DNA of 64,000 bases. It comes from Minisyncoccota bacterium. GTDB taxonomy: Bacteria > Patescibacteriota > Minisyncoccia > Phycocordibacterales > Zambryskibacteraceae. The notes beneath the pieces are model-generated. The model searched no databases. It saw nothing but the letters and a program-made list of their open reading frames with translations, and was not told the origin of the DNA. Of this stretch, positions 19,352 through 28,494 are shown one piece after another (the stretch's first letter is position 1; each line of letters begins with the position of its first letter). The position numbers and the translations under genes were made by a program. Location of the stretch: NCBI GenBank assembly GCA_020059045.1, contig JAGVCW010000029.1, forward strand, positions 39,469-103,468. Reading direction: 5' to 3'.

Positions 19352-19726
19352 TTATCTTGTAACCACATGTGCGGAGCGACCTGCTCCAACAGATGGTACT
19401 GGTATGCGCAATTCGCTCGAACCCAGGTTTCCGTCCTTGGGTGTCAGGGTATTCCGAATGCTACTCACCAGACTCTCAACAATTGCTTGCCGAAAGGTTT
19501 TTTCTTCTTGAGTAGGCGGACCACTAACCTTGAATCCTACACCCCGACACGCAGAAATCATCATCTCACGAATCCGATCCTGCTCTGCCGGTGGAAACAT
19601 TTCTCTGGCCAAATTCTCGCCCATTTTCGTAGTAACGTTTGCAAGATCCTGATCGGTAATGGTTGTCCCGTTCGTTACATTCAGAGGCATATTCCGTTCC
19701 TGGTTAGAAGTAAAAGAGCGGTACAA
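19352..19726 (-). CDS. Hypothetical protein
   Basis: 124-aa ORF convergent with rnc. No recognisable motif. Confidence 0.3.
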   Translation of the reverse strand: MYRSFTSNQERNMPLNVTNGTTITDQDLANVTTKMGENLAREMFPPAEQDRIREMMISACRGVGFKVSGPPTQEEKTFRQAIVESLVSSIRNTLTPKDGNLGSSELRIPVPSVGAGRSAHVVTR

Positions 19727-19903
19727 GAAGGTATCCTACAAACTTAAATTCAAATGTCAATTTTAGTTTATGGACGGTATTGGGAGATAAATAAAGATGA
19801 ATGAGTATCAGGTAAGGATTACATTAAGGGATTAAGACCTTCTAGCTTTGGAGATTTCCGAGTGCTAAACTTATACAACTTAATAAACTTATTAACTATA
19901 TAA

Positions 19904-22180
19904 ATGCTCCTCAAAAGCATAGAACTCTCCGGATTTAAATCCTTTGCAAAGAAGGCTTCTTTCCAGTTCACATCTTCTATATCTGCTATTGTCGGGCCTA
20001 ATGGCTCTGGTAAATCGAATGTTGCAGAAGCATTCCGCTTTGTACTTGGAGAGCAGTCTATTAAGTCGATGCGTGGTAAGAAAGGTGAGGATCTGATCTG
20101 GAATGGGGGTAAGGATGAGCCAAGGTCAAACAGGGCAGCAGTTAAGGTGGTGTTTGATAACTCTAAGAAATTTCTAAACATTGATTACCCAGAAGTTGCT
20201 ATTGAGAGAGTGGTCCACAGAGATGGTGTAAATGAATACCTAATAAATGGGAGCCAGGTCCGCCTGCGTGACGTGGTGGAACTTCTTTCTAGTGCACATA
20301 TTGGATCATCAGGGCACCACATAATCTCTCAGGGTGAAGCAGACAGAATACTAAATACAAATCTCAAAGAAAGAAGAGAGATGATAGAGGATGCACTGGG
20401 ATTGAAGGTGTATCAGTACAAGCGTCTAGAAAGTGAAAGAAAGCTTGAAAAGACGGAAGAAAATATAAAGCAAATCGAGTCGCTAAGAAAAGAAATCGCG
20501 CCACACCTGAAGTTTCTTACAAAACAGGTAGAAAAAATTGAAAAGGCAAAAAATATGAAGGAGGAGCTTATGCAACTGGCTTTGTTCTACTTAAAAAAAG
20601 AAGATGAATATATAAAGGCAAGTGAAAAGGAAATTCTAGAAAAGAAGAAACCTCTTATACAGAAAAAGGAGAAATTAGAAAAAGAGCTCCGAGAGGCAAA
20701 AGCGGTTCTTGAAAAATCCAAATCCAGGGATGAGAAAACCGAGGAGGTCATAGACCTTGAACAGAAAATACAGAATACAAGAAAAGAGAAGGATCTTCTT
20801 CTTAAAGATATCGGTAGGCTTCAAGGAGAAATAGCGGCAGAAGAAAGAGTGATAGCGCGTGAAAAGATCGGCTCATCTATGGATGGTGTGGTTCTCTCGC
20901 AGAAGGAGATAGAGGATTTCAAGAGTGGAATTACAAAAGAGATAGAGGTTGCAAAAACGAGTGAGGATATAGTGTTTGTAAGAACAGCGCTTGAAAAAAT
21001 AAGTAGTCTTCTACTTGAGTTCCTTAAGGATAAAGGGAAGAACGCAAGTGATAGAAGCAAGGAGGCGGAAAATGGGGTTATAAAACTAAAATCTAATCTT
21101 TCTCTAAATGAAGATAAGCTTTCAAAGCTTGTGCACAGTGAGAGGACTCTCGAAGAAACATACGGGAAGATAAGGCAGGATATTGAAAAAGAAAAGGATA
21201 CAAACCGTGACGCAGAAAAAACACTGTTTAGGATAGTGTCTGAAGAAAACACTTTAATTGCAGAACTTTCTGTGCTTAAAAGTGAAGAAGAAAGAATACA
21301 CTTAGTCGTAACAGATTTTAAGCGAGAACTTGAAGAATGCTCACACCTTATTGGACGGCAAGTACTTTCATATGAAAAATATGAAATAGAGGGAGATGCT
21401 AACAAAGGTGAAGGGAGAGAGGTCCAAGAAGAAAGAAGACGGAATATGGAGAAAATAAAGATAAGGCTTGAAGATTCAGGTCTCGGGGGGGCAGAAGAGC
21501 TAATGAAAGAATTTTCTGAAACTAAAGAGAGGGACGAATTCCTAGAGCGTGAACTTGTTGATATGGACAAGTCGGCCATCTCACTAAAAGGGTTAATCGA
21601 AGAACTTGGCACTAAGCTTGATATTGAATTCAAAATAGGAATTGAAAGGATAAACAAGGAATTTCAGAAATATTTTGAAGTTATGTTTGGTGGGGGCGAA
21701 GCAAGTTTGAAAGTTAAAAATCAAATAGTAAAAAAGAAAAAAATAGATGAAGACTTTATCGGAGACGAACTGGAGTCAGTAGAAGATTTATCAGCCGAAA
21801 CTTCAGAGGAAGCTTTGGCGGACAAGGAAGGAATTGATATTGAAGTAAATTTGCCACGTAAAAAAATTAAAGGACTTATGATGCTTTCTGGAGGAGAAAG
21901 AGCGCTTACATCTATTGCACTTCTATTTGCAATGTCGCAGGTTAATCCACCACCCTTTATTATCCTCGATGAAACTGATGCGGCGCTAGATGAGGCAAAC
22001 TCAAAAAAGTATGGAGACATGATTGAAAGCTTGTCCAAACACTCTGAGCTCATTCTTATTACTCACAACAGGGAGACAATGTCACGAGCTGGAATTATAT
22101 ATGGAGTAACTATGGGTAGTGGAGGAGCGTCTAAAGTGCTGTCTATTCAATTTGAAGAAGCCGTGGTCGTAGCTAAGTAA
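19904..22180 (+). CDS. smc: SMC-like chromosome segregation ATPase (short, no obvious hinge)
   Basis: N-terminal Walker A (IELSGFKSFAKK…VGPNGSGKSNV). Long coiled-coil middle. C-terminal signature LSGGERALTSIALLFAM and Walker B ILDETDAALD. 758 aa, versus about 1100-1200 aa for canonical SMC. Confidence 0.75.
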   Translation: MLLKSIELSGFKSFAKKASFQFTSSISAIVGPNGSGKSNVAEAFRFVLGEQSIKSMRGKKGEDLIWNGGKDEPRSNRAAVKVVFDNSKKFLNIDYPEVAIERVVHRDGVNEYLINGSQVRLRDVVELLSSAHIGSSGHHIISQGEADRILNTNLKERREMIEDALGLKVYQYKRLESERKLEKTEENIKQIESLRKEIAPHLKFLTKQVEKIEKAKNMKEELMQLALFYLKKEDEYIKASEKEILEKKKPLIQKKEKLEKELREAKAVLEKSKSRDEKTEEVIDLEQKIQNTRKEKDLLLKDIGRLQGEIAAEERVIAREKIGSSMDGVVLSQKEIEDFKSGITKEIEVAKTSEDIVFVRTALEKISSLLLEFLKDKGKNASDRSKEAENGVIKLKSNLSLNEDKLSKLVHSERTLEETYGKIRQDIEKEKDTNRDAEKTLFRIVSEENTLIAELSVLKSEEERIHLVVTDFKRELEECSHLIGRQVLSYEKYEIEGDANKGEGREVQEERRRNMEKIKIRLEDSGLGGAEELMKEFSETKERDEFLERELVDMDKSAISLKGLIEELGTKLDIEFKIGIERINKEFQKYFEVMFGGGEASLKVKNQIVKKKKIDEDFIGDELESVEDLSAETSEEALADKEGIDIEVNLPRKKIKGLMMLSGGERALTSIALLFAMSQVNPPPFIILDETDAALDEANSKKYGDMIESLSKHSELILITHNRETMSRAGIIYGVTMGSGGASKVLSIQFEEAVVVAK

Positions 22181-22298
22181 GCTTAATGGTGGGGGTGTTG
22201 CGAAGGTCATGATACATTACGTTACCTTGACGATGATTCTTTTGTATGTAATATAATGAGCGGAACTTGTGAGTACCCAAACCCCTAGAGAGGTAATC

Positions 22299-22625
22299 AT
22301 GGCACGAAAACCTCAGAAAGAAGGAAAGTTGAAGCGAGGGTTTGCTGTGATGGATGTCGATAGGCAAAAAGAAATTGCAAGCAAGGGAGGTCGGACAGCG
22401 CATTCCAAAGGAACTGCGCACCAGTGGTCCAGGGAAGAAGCACGAGTTGCAGGGAGAAAGGGGGGTATGGCAGTAAGCCAGGATCGCGAGCACATGGCGG
22501 AAATCGGAAGGACCGGCGGAGAGATGCGAGGTCTCCCTCCTGGAGAGAGAGCAAAAAGGCGTTTGGAAAGAAGCTCAGATTACAAAATGCTTTCACCTGG
22601 CCGAGGGCCACACAAGGCTGACTAA
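22299..22625 (+). CDS. KGG-repeat general stress protein (YciG/con-10-like)
   Basis: Repeated …EIASKGG…/…AGRKGG…/…GRTGG… KGG motifs. The ORF is open from 22269. Strong terminator at 22640-22668. Confidence 0.6.
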   Translation: MARKPQKEGKLKRGFAVMDVDRQKEIASKGGRTAHSKGTAHQWSREEARVAGRKGGMAVSQDREHMAEIGRTGGEMRGLPPGERAKRRLERSSDYKMLSPGRGPHKAD

Positions 22626-22639
22626 CAAAGATGTTACAT

Positions 22640-22668
22640 GAGACAAGGGTTCTTGTCTCTTTTTTTTG
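22640..22668 (+). terminator. Rho-independent terminator
   Basis: GAGACAAG-GGTT-CTTGTCTC followed by T8. Confidence 0.8.
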
Positions 22669-22704
22669 TATTTGAATTTATATATGAAGTCTGGTTTCAC
22701 CGTA

Positions 22705-22733
22705 AATAAAAAAGCGCGTGTTATACGCGCGGG
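22705..22733 (-). terminator. Rho-independent terminator (minus strand)
   Basis: GCGCGT-GTTATA-ACGCGC hairpin preceded on the plus strand by an A-run, giving a U-run on the minus strand. Lies just 3' of the gene ending at 22752. Confidence 0.7.
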
Positions 22734-22751
22734 TGAATGACCTGGTTACTC

Positions 22752-23162
22752 CTATTCTGTTTTAAGCAACTGCTGTAATGCACTTTCTAATTTTCCTCGT
22801 CCTAGGGTATAGCCTCGTTTGGCGACATAATCTAGGATAGCCATCAAATCCCCTGGATTGTCCAAGTCGACAACTAAAAGAAAATAGAATGTTGGTTTTT
22901 CGTTACTGTCCAATTTATGAACAGTAGGAATGTCCAACCCAATGTCCACATTTATACCAATTGGGTACTTGGGTGTATCCAGGCCACCAGACATGGTATC
23001 TGCCAAGGCCCACCAACCCTCATTTTGGTCAACTACCAAGTGGTTACCGAAATTAATACCGCCCACATCCCCAACTTCTTTCAACACGACTCCATGTTGC
23101 CACTTGGGCTCTTCTTGCAAATCGAATGCATCAATAATGCATAAAGCCATGAGTTTACTCAT
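22752..23162 (-). CDS. Hypothetical protein
   Basis: 136-aa ORF with its own terminator. No recognisable motif. Confidence 0.45.
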   Translation of the reverse strand: MSKLMALCIIDAFDLQEEPKWQHGVVLKEVGDVGGINFGNHLVVDQNEGWWALADTMSGGLDTPKYPIGINVDIGLDIPTVHKLDSNEKPTFYFLLVVDLDNPGDLMAILDYVAKRGYTLGRGKLESALQQLLKTE

Positions 23163-23216
23163 GTAACCCTCACCGTTAAGGTTTCTGCTTTCAGGCTACT
23201 CTTTTAAGTTCCGCTG

Positions 23217-25148
23217 TCAAACAAATACAAAATCAAGAGTCCGACGGTCTAGATCGGCATTTGTTAGTTTAACTTTTACTTTGTCACCAAGGGCGTATCT
23301 CTTTTTACTTTTTGCGCCGACTATACAATAGTTCTTCTCATCAAGTGTATAAAAGTCATCAGTCATGTCTCGAAGTCGAACCATACCATCTGCCTTTGTA
23401 TTGACCTCCTCCACATAGACACCCCACTCGGACACTCCAGAAACTGTAGCATTAAAAGTTTCGCCTATATGAGTCATGAGGAATTCAACCTGTTTGTATT
23501 TAATCGAGGTGCGCTCTGCATCTGCTGCTGCGATCTCCTTTTCTGAAGCACTTGCCGTGAGCTTGTCGTATCTTGCTTGTTCATCCTTTCCAATTTTCCC
23601 CTTGATGAGATGTCTCTCAAGTAGGCGATGCACTAAAAGATCTGGATACCTGCGAATAGGAGAAGTGAAGTGAGTGTAAAACTCAAATCCAAGACCAAAG
23701 TGTCCAATGTTTCTCGTCGAGTATACTGCTTTTGACATGGATCTTATAGCAGCAGTCTTCACTAAAGACTCTTCTGGTTTGCCGCTTACTGCAGTAAGAA
23801 CTGCGTTTAACTCTTCTGCTGTAACTTCACCATCTTCTGCGTGCAGATCGTAACCTAAGGCTTTTAGAAAAATATTGAGATTTGCAATCTTGTCCTTGTC
23901 TGGCAGATCGTGAATGCGGTAAACGAAAGGTCCAGCAGAATTATTCTTGCTTGTAACACCGAACATGAACTTAGCAACTTCACGGTTTGCAAGTAGCATG
24001 AATTCCTCGATAAGCTTGTGTGTCTCAAGACGCTCTTTCTTGTAAACCTTGATCGGCTTACCAGTATCGTCAAGCACAAACCTAACTTCGTCATTCTCGA
24101 ACTCGATCGCGCCATTCGCTGCTTTTTCCGCTTGTAACTTCTTGGCAATGTTATTTAGCGTTGTAAGCTCGGAAACGTATTCGCCCTTGCCATAATCTAT
24201 GATCTGTTGAGCTTCTTCATATGTAAAGCGTCTGTCCGAGTGGATGACAGTCTTACCAAACCATCGGGATGATACCTTACCCTTGTCATCTAACTCAAAT
24301 ACAGCTGAAAATGTCATTCTGTCTACGTCTGGGTTTAAGCTACAGACATCGTTTGAGAGAATCTCTGGAAGCATGGGGATGGTGCGATCAACTAGGTAAA
24401 TGGATGTGCCACGTTTCTCTGCTTCTTTATCAAGAATTGTTCCTTCTCTTACATAGTGAGACACATCTGCAATGTGAATTCCGATCTCGTATTTACCATC
24501 ATCAAGATTCTTGAAAGACAATGCATCATCAAAGTCCTTGGCAGTGGCTGGGTCAATGGTAAATGTGAGAGTGCCACGGAAATCTCGACGAGTCTTGAGA
24601 TCTTCCTCTAAGTTCAATGCACTTTCTTTTACAATTCTTTCGGCATCACGATCAATCTCCTCGGGGAATTCTGATTCGAAACCCTTTTCAAGGACTATGG
24701 ATTGCATTTCTACGTTGTGAACACCTTTCCTCCCAAGAACCTTGAGCACTTTTCCCTCAGGGCTTTTCTCTGGATCCTGCCAGCTTGTGATCTCTGCATA
24801 CACCTTGTCGCCATCATGTGCTCCCATGGAGTTTGATGCACGTATAAATATGTCACGATAGAGCCTGCGATCATCGGCCGTTAGATAGAAAACATCTTTG
24901 CCGTCTTCTGAAAGAGTACCGACGAACTTGGTCTTCGACCTCGTTATAACATTCGTTACTTTGCCTTGAGGGCGGGGGAATGACCCCTGCTTCAGAATCT
25001 CGAGCTCTACCTCATCGCCGTGGAGAGCGGCGTTCATGTTCTCAGGCTGAACTTCGATATCATCTGCCACACCATCTTGACGAAAATAGCCCACACCTCG
25101 TGAGCTAACAATAATCTTGCCTATATGGGATTTATTAGTCATTTTCAT
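23217..25148 (-). CDS. rnr: Ribonuclease R (RNB family 3'-5' exoribonuclease)
   Basis: N-terminal cold-shock/OB domain, central RNB domain, and a C-terminal S1 domain (…VSGVSEWGVYVEEV…). Confidence 0.9.
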   Translation of the reverse strand: MKMTNKSHIGKIIVSSRGVGYFRQDGVADDIEVQPENMNAALHGDEVELEILKQGSFPRPQGKVTNVITRSKTKFVGTLSEDGKDVFYLTADDRRLYRDIFIRASNSMGAHDGDKVYAEITSWQDPEKSPEGKVLKVLGRKGVHNVEMQSIVLEKGFESEFPEEIDRDAERIVKESALNLEEDLKTRRDFRGTLTFTIDPATAKDFDDALSFKNLDDGKYEIGIHIADVSHYVREGTILDKEAEKRGTSIYLVDRTIPMLPEILSNDVCSLNPDVDRMTFSAVFELDDKGKVSSRWFGKTVIHSDRRFTYEEAQQIIDYGKGEYVSELTTLNNIAKKLQAEKAANGAIEFENDEVRFVLDDTGKPIKVYKKERLETHKLIEEFMLLANREVAKFMFGVTSKNNSAGPFVYRIHDLPDKDKIANLNIFLKALGYDLHAEDGEVTAEELNAVLTAVSGKPEESLVKTAAIRSMSKAVYSTRNIGHFGLGFEFYTHFTSPIRRYPDLLVHRLLERHLIKGKIGKDEQARYDKLTASASEKEIAAADAERTSIKYKQVEFLMTHIGETFNATVSGVSEWGVYVEEVNTKADGMVRLRDMTDDFYTLDEKNYCIVGAKSKKRYALGDKVKVKLTNADLDRRTLDFVFV

Positions 25149-25271
25149 ATCAGTTTACCAATTTTTATTATGTTGTATAGGCATGAAGTTACGAGCCGGC
25201 TGTACTTGCTATTTAGCTTGATTGATTTGTTATTTATAAGTAGAATCGTTATAGACTTACTTGGAGTTCAC

Positions 25272-25484
25272 ATGTCGGCAGAAAGCGTTTTCGCCTTTGA
25301 TGAGAAAGCCACGGCTTTGATTAACAGCAGAGCATATAGAAAAGGAATAAGTGAAGAAGAAGTTCTCCGGCACGCGCTCATGCTATACCATAGTCTAGAG
25401 GAGTGGCGTTCAGGAACAGATCCATCTTTGCCTATAACCTTTGACTTTGGTGGCAATAACAAAGTCCGATTAGTTGTTCCTTAA
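25272..25484 (+). CDS. Small hypothetical protein (possible ribbon-helix-helix-like)
   Basis: 71-aa reading from an internal Met of ORF 25125..25484. The upstream part of that ORF overlaps the rnr start. Confidence 0.3.
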   Translation: MSAESVFAFDEKATALINSRAYRKGISEEEVLRHALMLYHSLEEWRSGTDPSLPITFDFGGNNKVRLVVP

Positions 25485-25578
25485 ACAGCAGTTAGAATTC
25501 TTGTAGTAGCGCTCCATAATCCGGAGTTTTTTTATTGCAATTCTTGACCAAGCACTTTTCTTCTGCTACGATGTCCGG

Positions 25579-26082
25579 ATGCTAAAAATTCGGTTACAGA
25601 GAGTAGGACGCAAACACGAACCAACGTTTCGTGTAGTTCTCACTGACTCAAAAAATAGTACCAAGAGTGGAAGATTCCTAGAGGTTCTCGGCTCTTATGA
25701 CCCTCGTAAAACTACTGAGGTTTTCAAGGCTGATAGAATTAAACACTGGATCTCACAAGGTGCTAAGCCCACAGATACGCTCCATAACATTTTCATTGAT
25801 CAAAAAATCATAGAAGGTAAGAAGGTCAATGTATTACCAAAGAAAACTCCACAGAAGAAAGCAGTAGAGGAACCAACAACTAACAATGCACAACCTGCAA
25901 CAGAGGAAAAAGAAGCAGAAGAACCAGTAGTTGAGGAAAAGACAGAAGAAGTAGCTAGTGAAGTGGTACCTGAGACAGAGGTTAAAGATGCAACTGATGC
26001 GCTCGCGCAAGAAAGCCCTAACGAGACAAGTGAGGAAGTAAAATCCGAAGAGTCAAGAGCAGAGGAAAAACCGCTCGCATAA
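25579..26082 (+). CDS. rpsP: 30S ribosomal protein S16 with an acidic low-complexity C-terminal extension
   Basis: MLKIRLQRVGRKHEPTFRVV…GSYDP… S16 signature. E/T/A-rich tail of about 80 aa. Confidence 0.85.
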   Translation: MLKIRLQRVGRKHEPTFRVVLTDSKNSTKSGRFLEVLGSYDPRKTTEVFKADRIKHWISQGAKPTDTLHNIFIDQKIIEGKKVNVLPKKTPQKKAVEEPTTNNAQPATEEKEAEEPVVEEKTEEVASEVVPETEVKDATDALAQESPNETSEEVKSEESRAEEKPLA

Positions 26083-26185
26083 ATTCTCCACAAGCATCTT
26101 TCGTTTTTGTTTAGAGCATGTTATTTTTAATACACAGTACTTTATAATTCCGTACTGTCCGATTAGCAGTTAATGAAAGAAATAT

Positions 26186-26500
26186 ATGGAATCAGATGTA
26201 AAGTTTCTTGAATATGTTGTAAAAGCTCTAGTTGATAATCCTGATGATGTGAAGATTCATCGCACGGTAGATGAAATGGGAGTGCTTGTAACTCTTGATG
26301 TAAATCCAGCAGACATGGGCAAGATCATTGGCCGACAAGGCAATACTGCAAAGGCGATCAGAACGCTACTTCGAGTTGTGGGAATGAAGAATAATGCTCG
26401 AGTGAATTTGAAAATAAATGAACCTGAAGGTGGACGACCTATGGCAGGGAACTCACCAATGAAAGATTTCGATGAGGCGATTGAGGATTTGAAGGTCTAG
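26186..26500 (+). CDS. KH-domain RNA-binding protein (YlqC/UPF0109-like)
   Basis: GKIIGRQGNTAKAIRTLL KH GxxG loop. Sits in the conserved position after rpsP. Confidence 0.8.
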   Translation: MESDVKFLEYVVKALVDNPDDVKIHRTVDEMGVLVTLDVNPADMGKIIGRQGNTAKAIRTLLRVVGMKNNARVNLKINEPEGGRPMAGNSPMKDFDEAIEDLKV

Positions 26501-26575
26501 TTGATTAGCTTTTTAGCTGGGTTAGCTAATTAGCTAGTTAGGTTTTAGGAAAATGTGAGGCAAAAAAAGATCACC

Positions 26576-26758
26576 CTATTGGGTGATCCTGGCTTCTTGA
26601 ATTGCTTTCTTAATTTCGTGTGTCGCGGCGGCGATAGCCCCCACGATTGCAAATGTTGCAGAGCCAATTGCAACTATCATTGCATTACTCCACTCACCCC
26701 TGATGAAACAAATACCAATCGCCCATCCCATTAATGCAGGAAACCAACCAGACATTCC
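26576..26758 (-). CDS. Small membrane protein (paralog pair member)
   Basis: TM helix followed by AIGSATFAIVGAIAAATHEIKKAIQEAR. Start chosen at an internal Met of ORF 26576..26839 to avoid overlap. Confidence 0.4.
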   Translation of the reverse strand, partial: GMSGWFPALMGWAIGICFIRGEWSNAMIVAIGSATFAIVGAIAAATHEIKKAIQEARITQ

Positions 26759-26765
26759 TTTATCC

Positions 26766-27020
26766 TCATTTGACGGTGGTCTTGCTGTTTTCGATTGCCT
26801 GACGAATGGCGAGAGCGGCTCCGATAATTGCAAAAACAATGGCGGCCGTAGCCAGGGCTAGTTCCACTTGCAAAATACTTCCATTGAGTGCAATTGCATT
26901 TAACTCGTTATCTGAGCTCACCAGTTTGTCGGCGGCGGTTCCGCTCAGAAGTGACAGGGCAAGAATTGTACTAGTGAACACTAGTGCGTAAAAAATGAAA
27001 ACCAAGCCTTTCATTTTCAT
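26766..27020 (-). CDS. Small membrane protein (paralog pair member)
   Basis: Signal/TM region, then …AAIVFAIIGAALAIRQAIENSK, which is similar to the neighbouring gene's C-terminus. Confidence 0.45.
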   Translation of the reverse strand: MKMKGLVFIFYALVFTSTILALSLLSGTAADKLVSSDNELNAIALNGSILQVELALATAAIVFAIIGAALAIRQAIENSKTTVK

Positions 27021-27078
27021 TGCTTCTCCTGGAAGGGTCTTTGCTTAATATATCATATTATGGTAATATGTCAACATC

Positions 27079-27771
27079 ATGAATTTTCATATTATTTCTC
27101 TATTTCCAGGAACATTCAAGTCATACCTTGGAGAGTCGATTCTCAAAAGAGCTATCGAGGACAAAAAAATTAAGGTTAGATTTTATAACCCCCGTGACTT
27201 CGCCACTGTAGCAAAGCAAAGCTTGCTACGGGGCAAGCCCTCGCTTACACGGAGTGTGCGCATTGACAAGAAGCCGTATGGGGGAGGGCCGGGAATGGTG
27301 GTGCAGGCGCTACCTGTCATTAAAGCTGTAGAAACAGCTTTAAAAGTAAAAAGCAAAAATAAAAAAGGAAAATTAATTATTTGGCTCTCGCCGGGGGGGA
27401 AGCAATTTACAAATGAATATGCGAGAAAGGCTGTAAAGAAGTACACAGATATTATTATTGTATGTGGCAGGTACGAGGGAATTGATGCAAGAGTAAAAAA
27501 AGTTTATAAGGTTGATGAAATAACTGTTGGACCATTTGTGCTTACTGGAGGGGAACTGCCTGCAATGGTAATGATTGATGTTATGGCAAGACAGATAGAA
27601 GGAGTGCTTGGAACGTTTGATTCTCTTGAAGAAAGACGGATAAGTACAAGCGAAGTCTATACTCGGCCAGAGGTTATTAAATACAAAGGCAAAAATTATA
27701 AAGTGCCGAAGGTGCTCTTATCGGGGCATGCAAGAAAGATTGAGGAATGGAAAAAGAATAGTAAAAAGTAA
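27079..27771 (+). CDS. trmD: tRNA (guanine37-N1)-methyltransferase
   Basis: MNFHIISLFPG…YGGGPGMV SPOUT/TrmD motifs. Confidence 0.9.
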   Translation: MNFHIISLFPGTFKSYLGESILKRAIEDKKIKVRFYNPRDFATVAKQSLLRGKPSLTRSVRIDKKPYGGGPGMVVQALPVIKAVETALKVKSKNKKGKLIIWLSPGGKQFTNEYARKAVKKYTDIIIVCGRYEGIDARVKKVYKVDEITVGPFVLTGGELPAMVMIDVMARQIEGVLGTFDSLEERRISTSEVYTRPEVIKYKGKNYKVPKVLLSGHARKIEEWKKNSKK

Positions 27772-27877
27772 AAATTAAATAGAAAAAAGTAGACAGGAGG
27801 AATGGGGAATAATGAAGGGGAGGAGAATACAAAAGGAAAAGAAAAGCCGCACCGGGTGGTGCGGGGTTATGTAGACG

Positions 27878-28078
27878 CTAATCCCAATGGGTGATTGTCC
27901 TGGGGTTTACACGGCGACCTGCATACTTCATTTCCAGATGCGCGATGAGTGCGGCGATGAGTCCTGAGATTACCCCACCTGTGCGTCCGGCGCTTGTCAT
28001 CCCAACCCCGTATCCAACATAGAGGCCGGCTGCGATGCAGGCCAACAATCGAGCGAGTCTTGCTTTGACGGTGTACAT
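27878..28078 (-). CDS. Small glycine-zipper membrane protein
   Basis: 66-aa reading from an internal Met of ORF 27878..28204. GYGVGMTSAGRTGGVISGLIAALIA. Confidence 0.35.
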   Translation of the reverse strand: MYTVKARLARLLACIAAGLYVGYGVGMTSAGRTGGVISGLIAALIAHLEMKYAGRRVNPRTITHWD

Positions 28079-28314
28079 GAGGTTCTCCTTTGGTTTAGGT
28101 AGATTTGCTGTTCTGTGTATATTATAGCATAGTTCGTAGCAATTCGTCAAGCTATTATTTAAAGCTAGAAACAAGGGTATAAGAAGTCCAACTTCGGACT
28201 CCAAAGAAGTTGGACTTCAAATCGCGGCTTAATTAAGAAGCTCAGCTTCGGGTTCACAGAAGCCGAGCTTCTATTATCAAAAAGAATGCTATCCCCAGGG
28301 AGGGGAAATGGGTG

Positions 28315-28342
28315 TTGACAGTAAGTTTCAGGCGAGTATAAT
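28315..28342 (+). promoter_or_regulatory. Sigma-70-type promoter upstream of rpoB
   Basis: TTGACA, 16-nt spacer, TATAAT. Confidence 0.55.
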
Positions 28343-28494
28343 AACCCTCACTTCGGCAAGATTGAGTTGCGGCAAAAACGAAGGCGATAATTGTGCTTAA
28401 ATTCGTTTCAAGTCTTGCGTTCTAATTTTTCATAAAGGCATATTATTAATCGGCGCCCATTTAGAATTGGGTGTATTTATTCTTTGTTCCAAAT

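Noticed and set aside
20821-21657. 278-aa antisense ORF inside smc (Ser-rich)
   Set aside because: Low-complexity antisense frame of the coiled-coil region, with no start context. It is wholly nested in a confident gene.
22173-22621. ORFs 22173..22493(-), 22297..22611(-), 22313..22495(-), 22424..22621(+)
   Set aside because: Alternative frames of the GC-rich KGG-repeat gene. The KGG reading has the family-specific repeat structure and a clean terminator.
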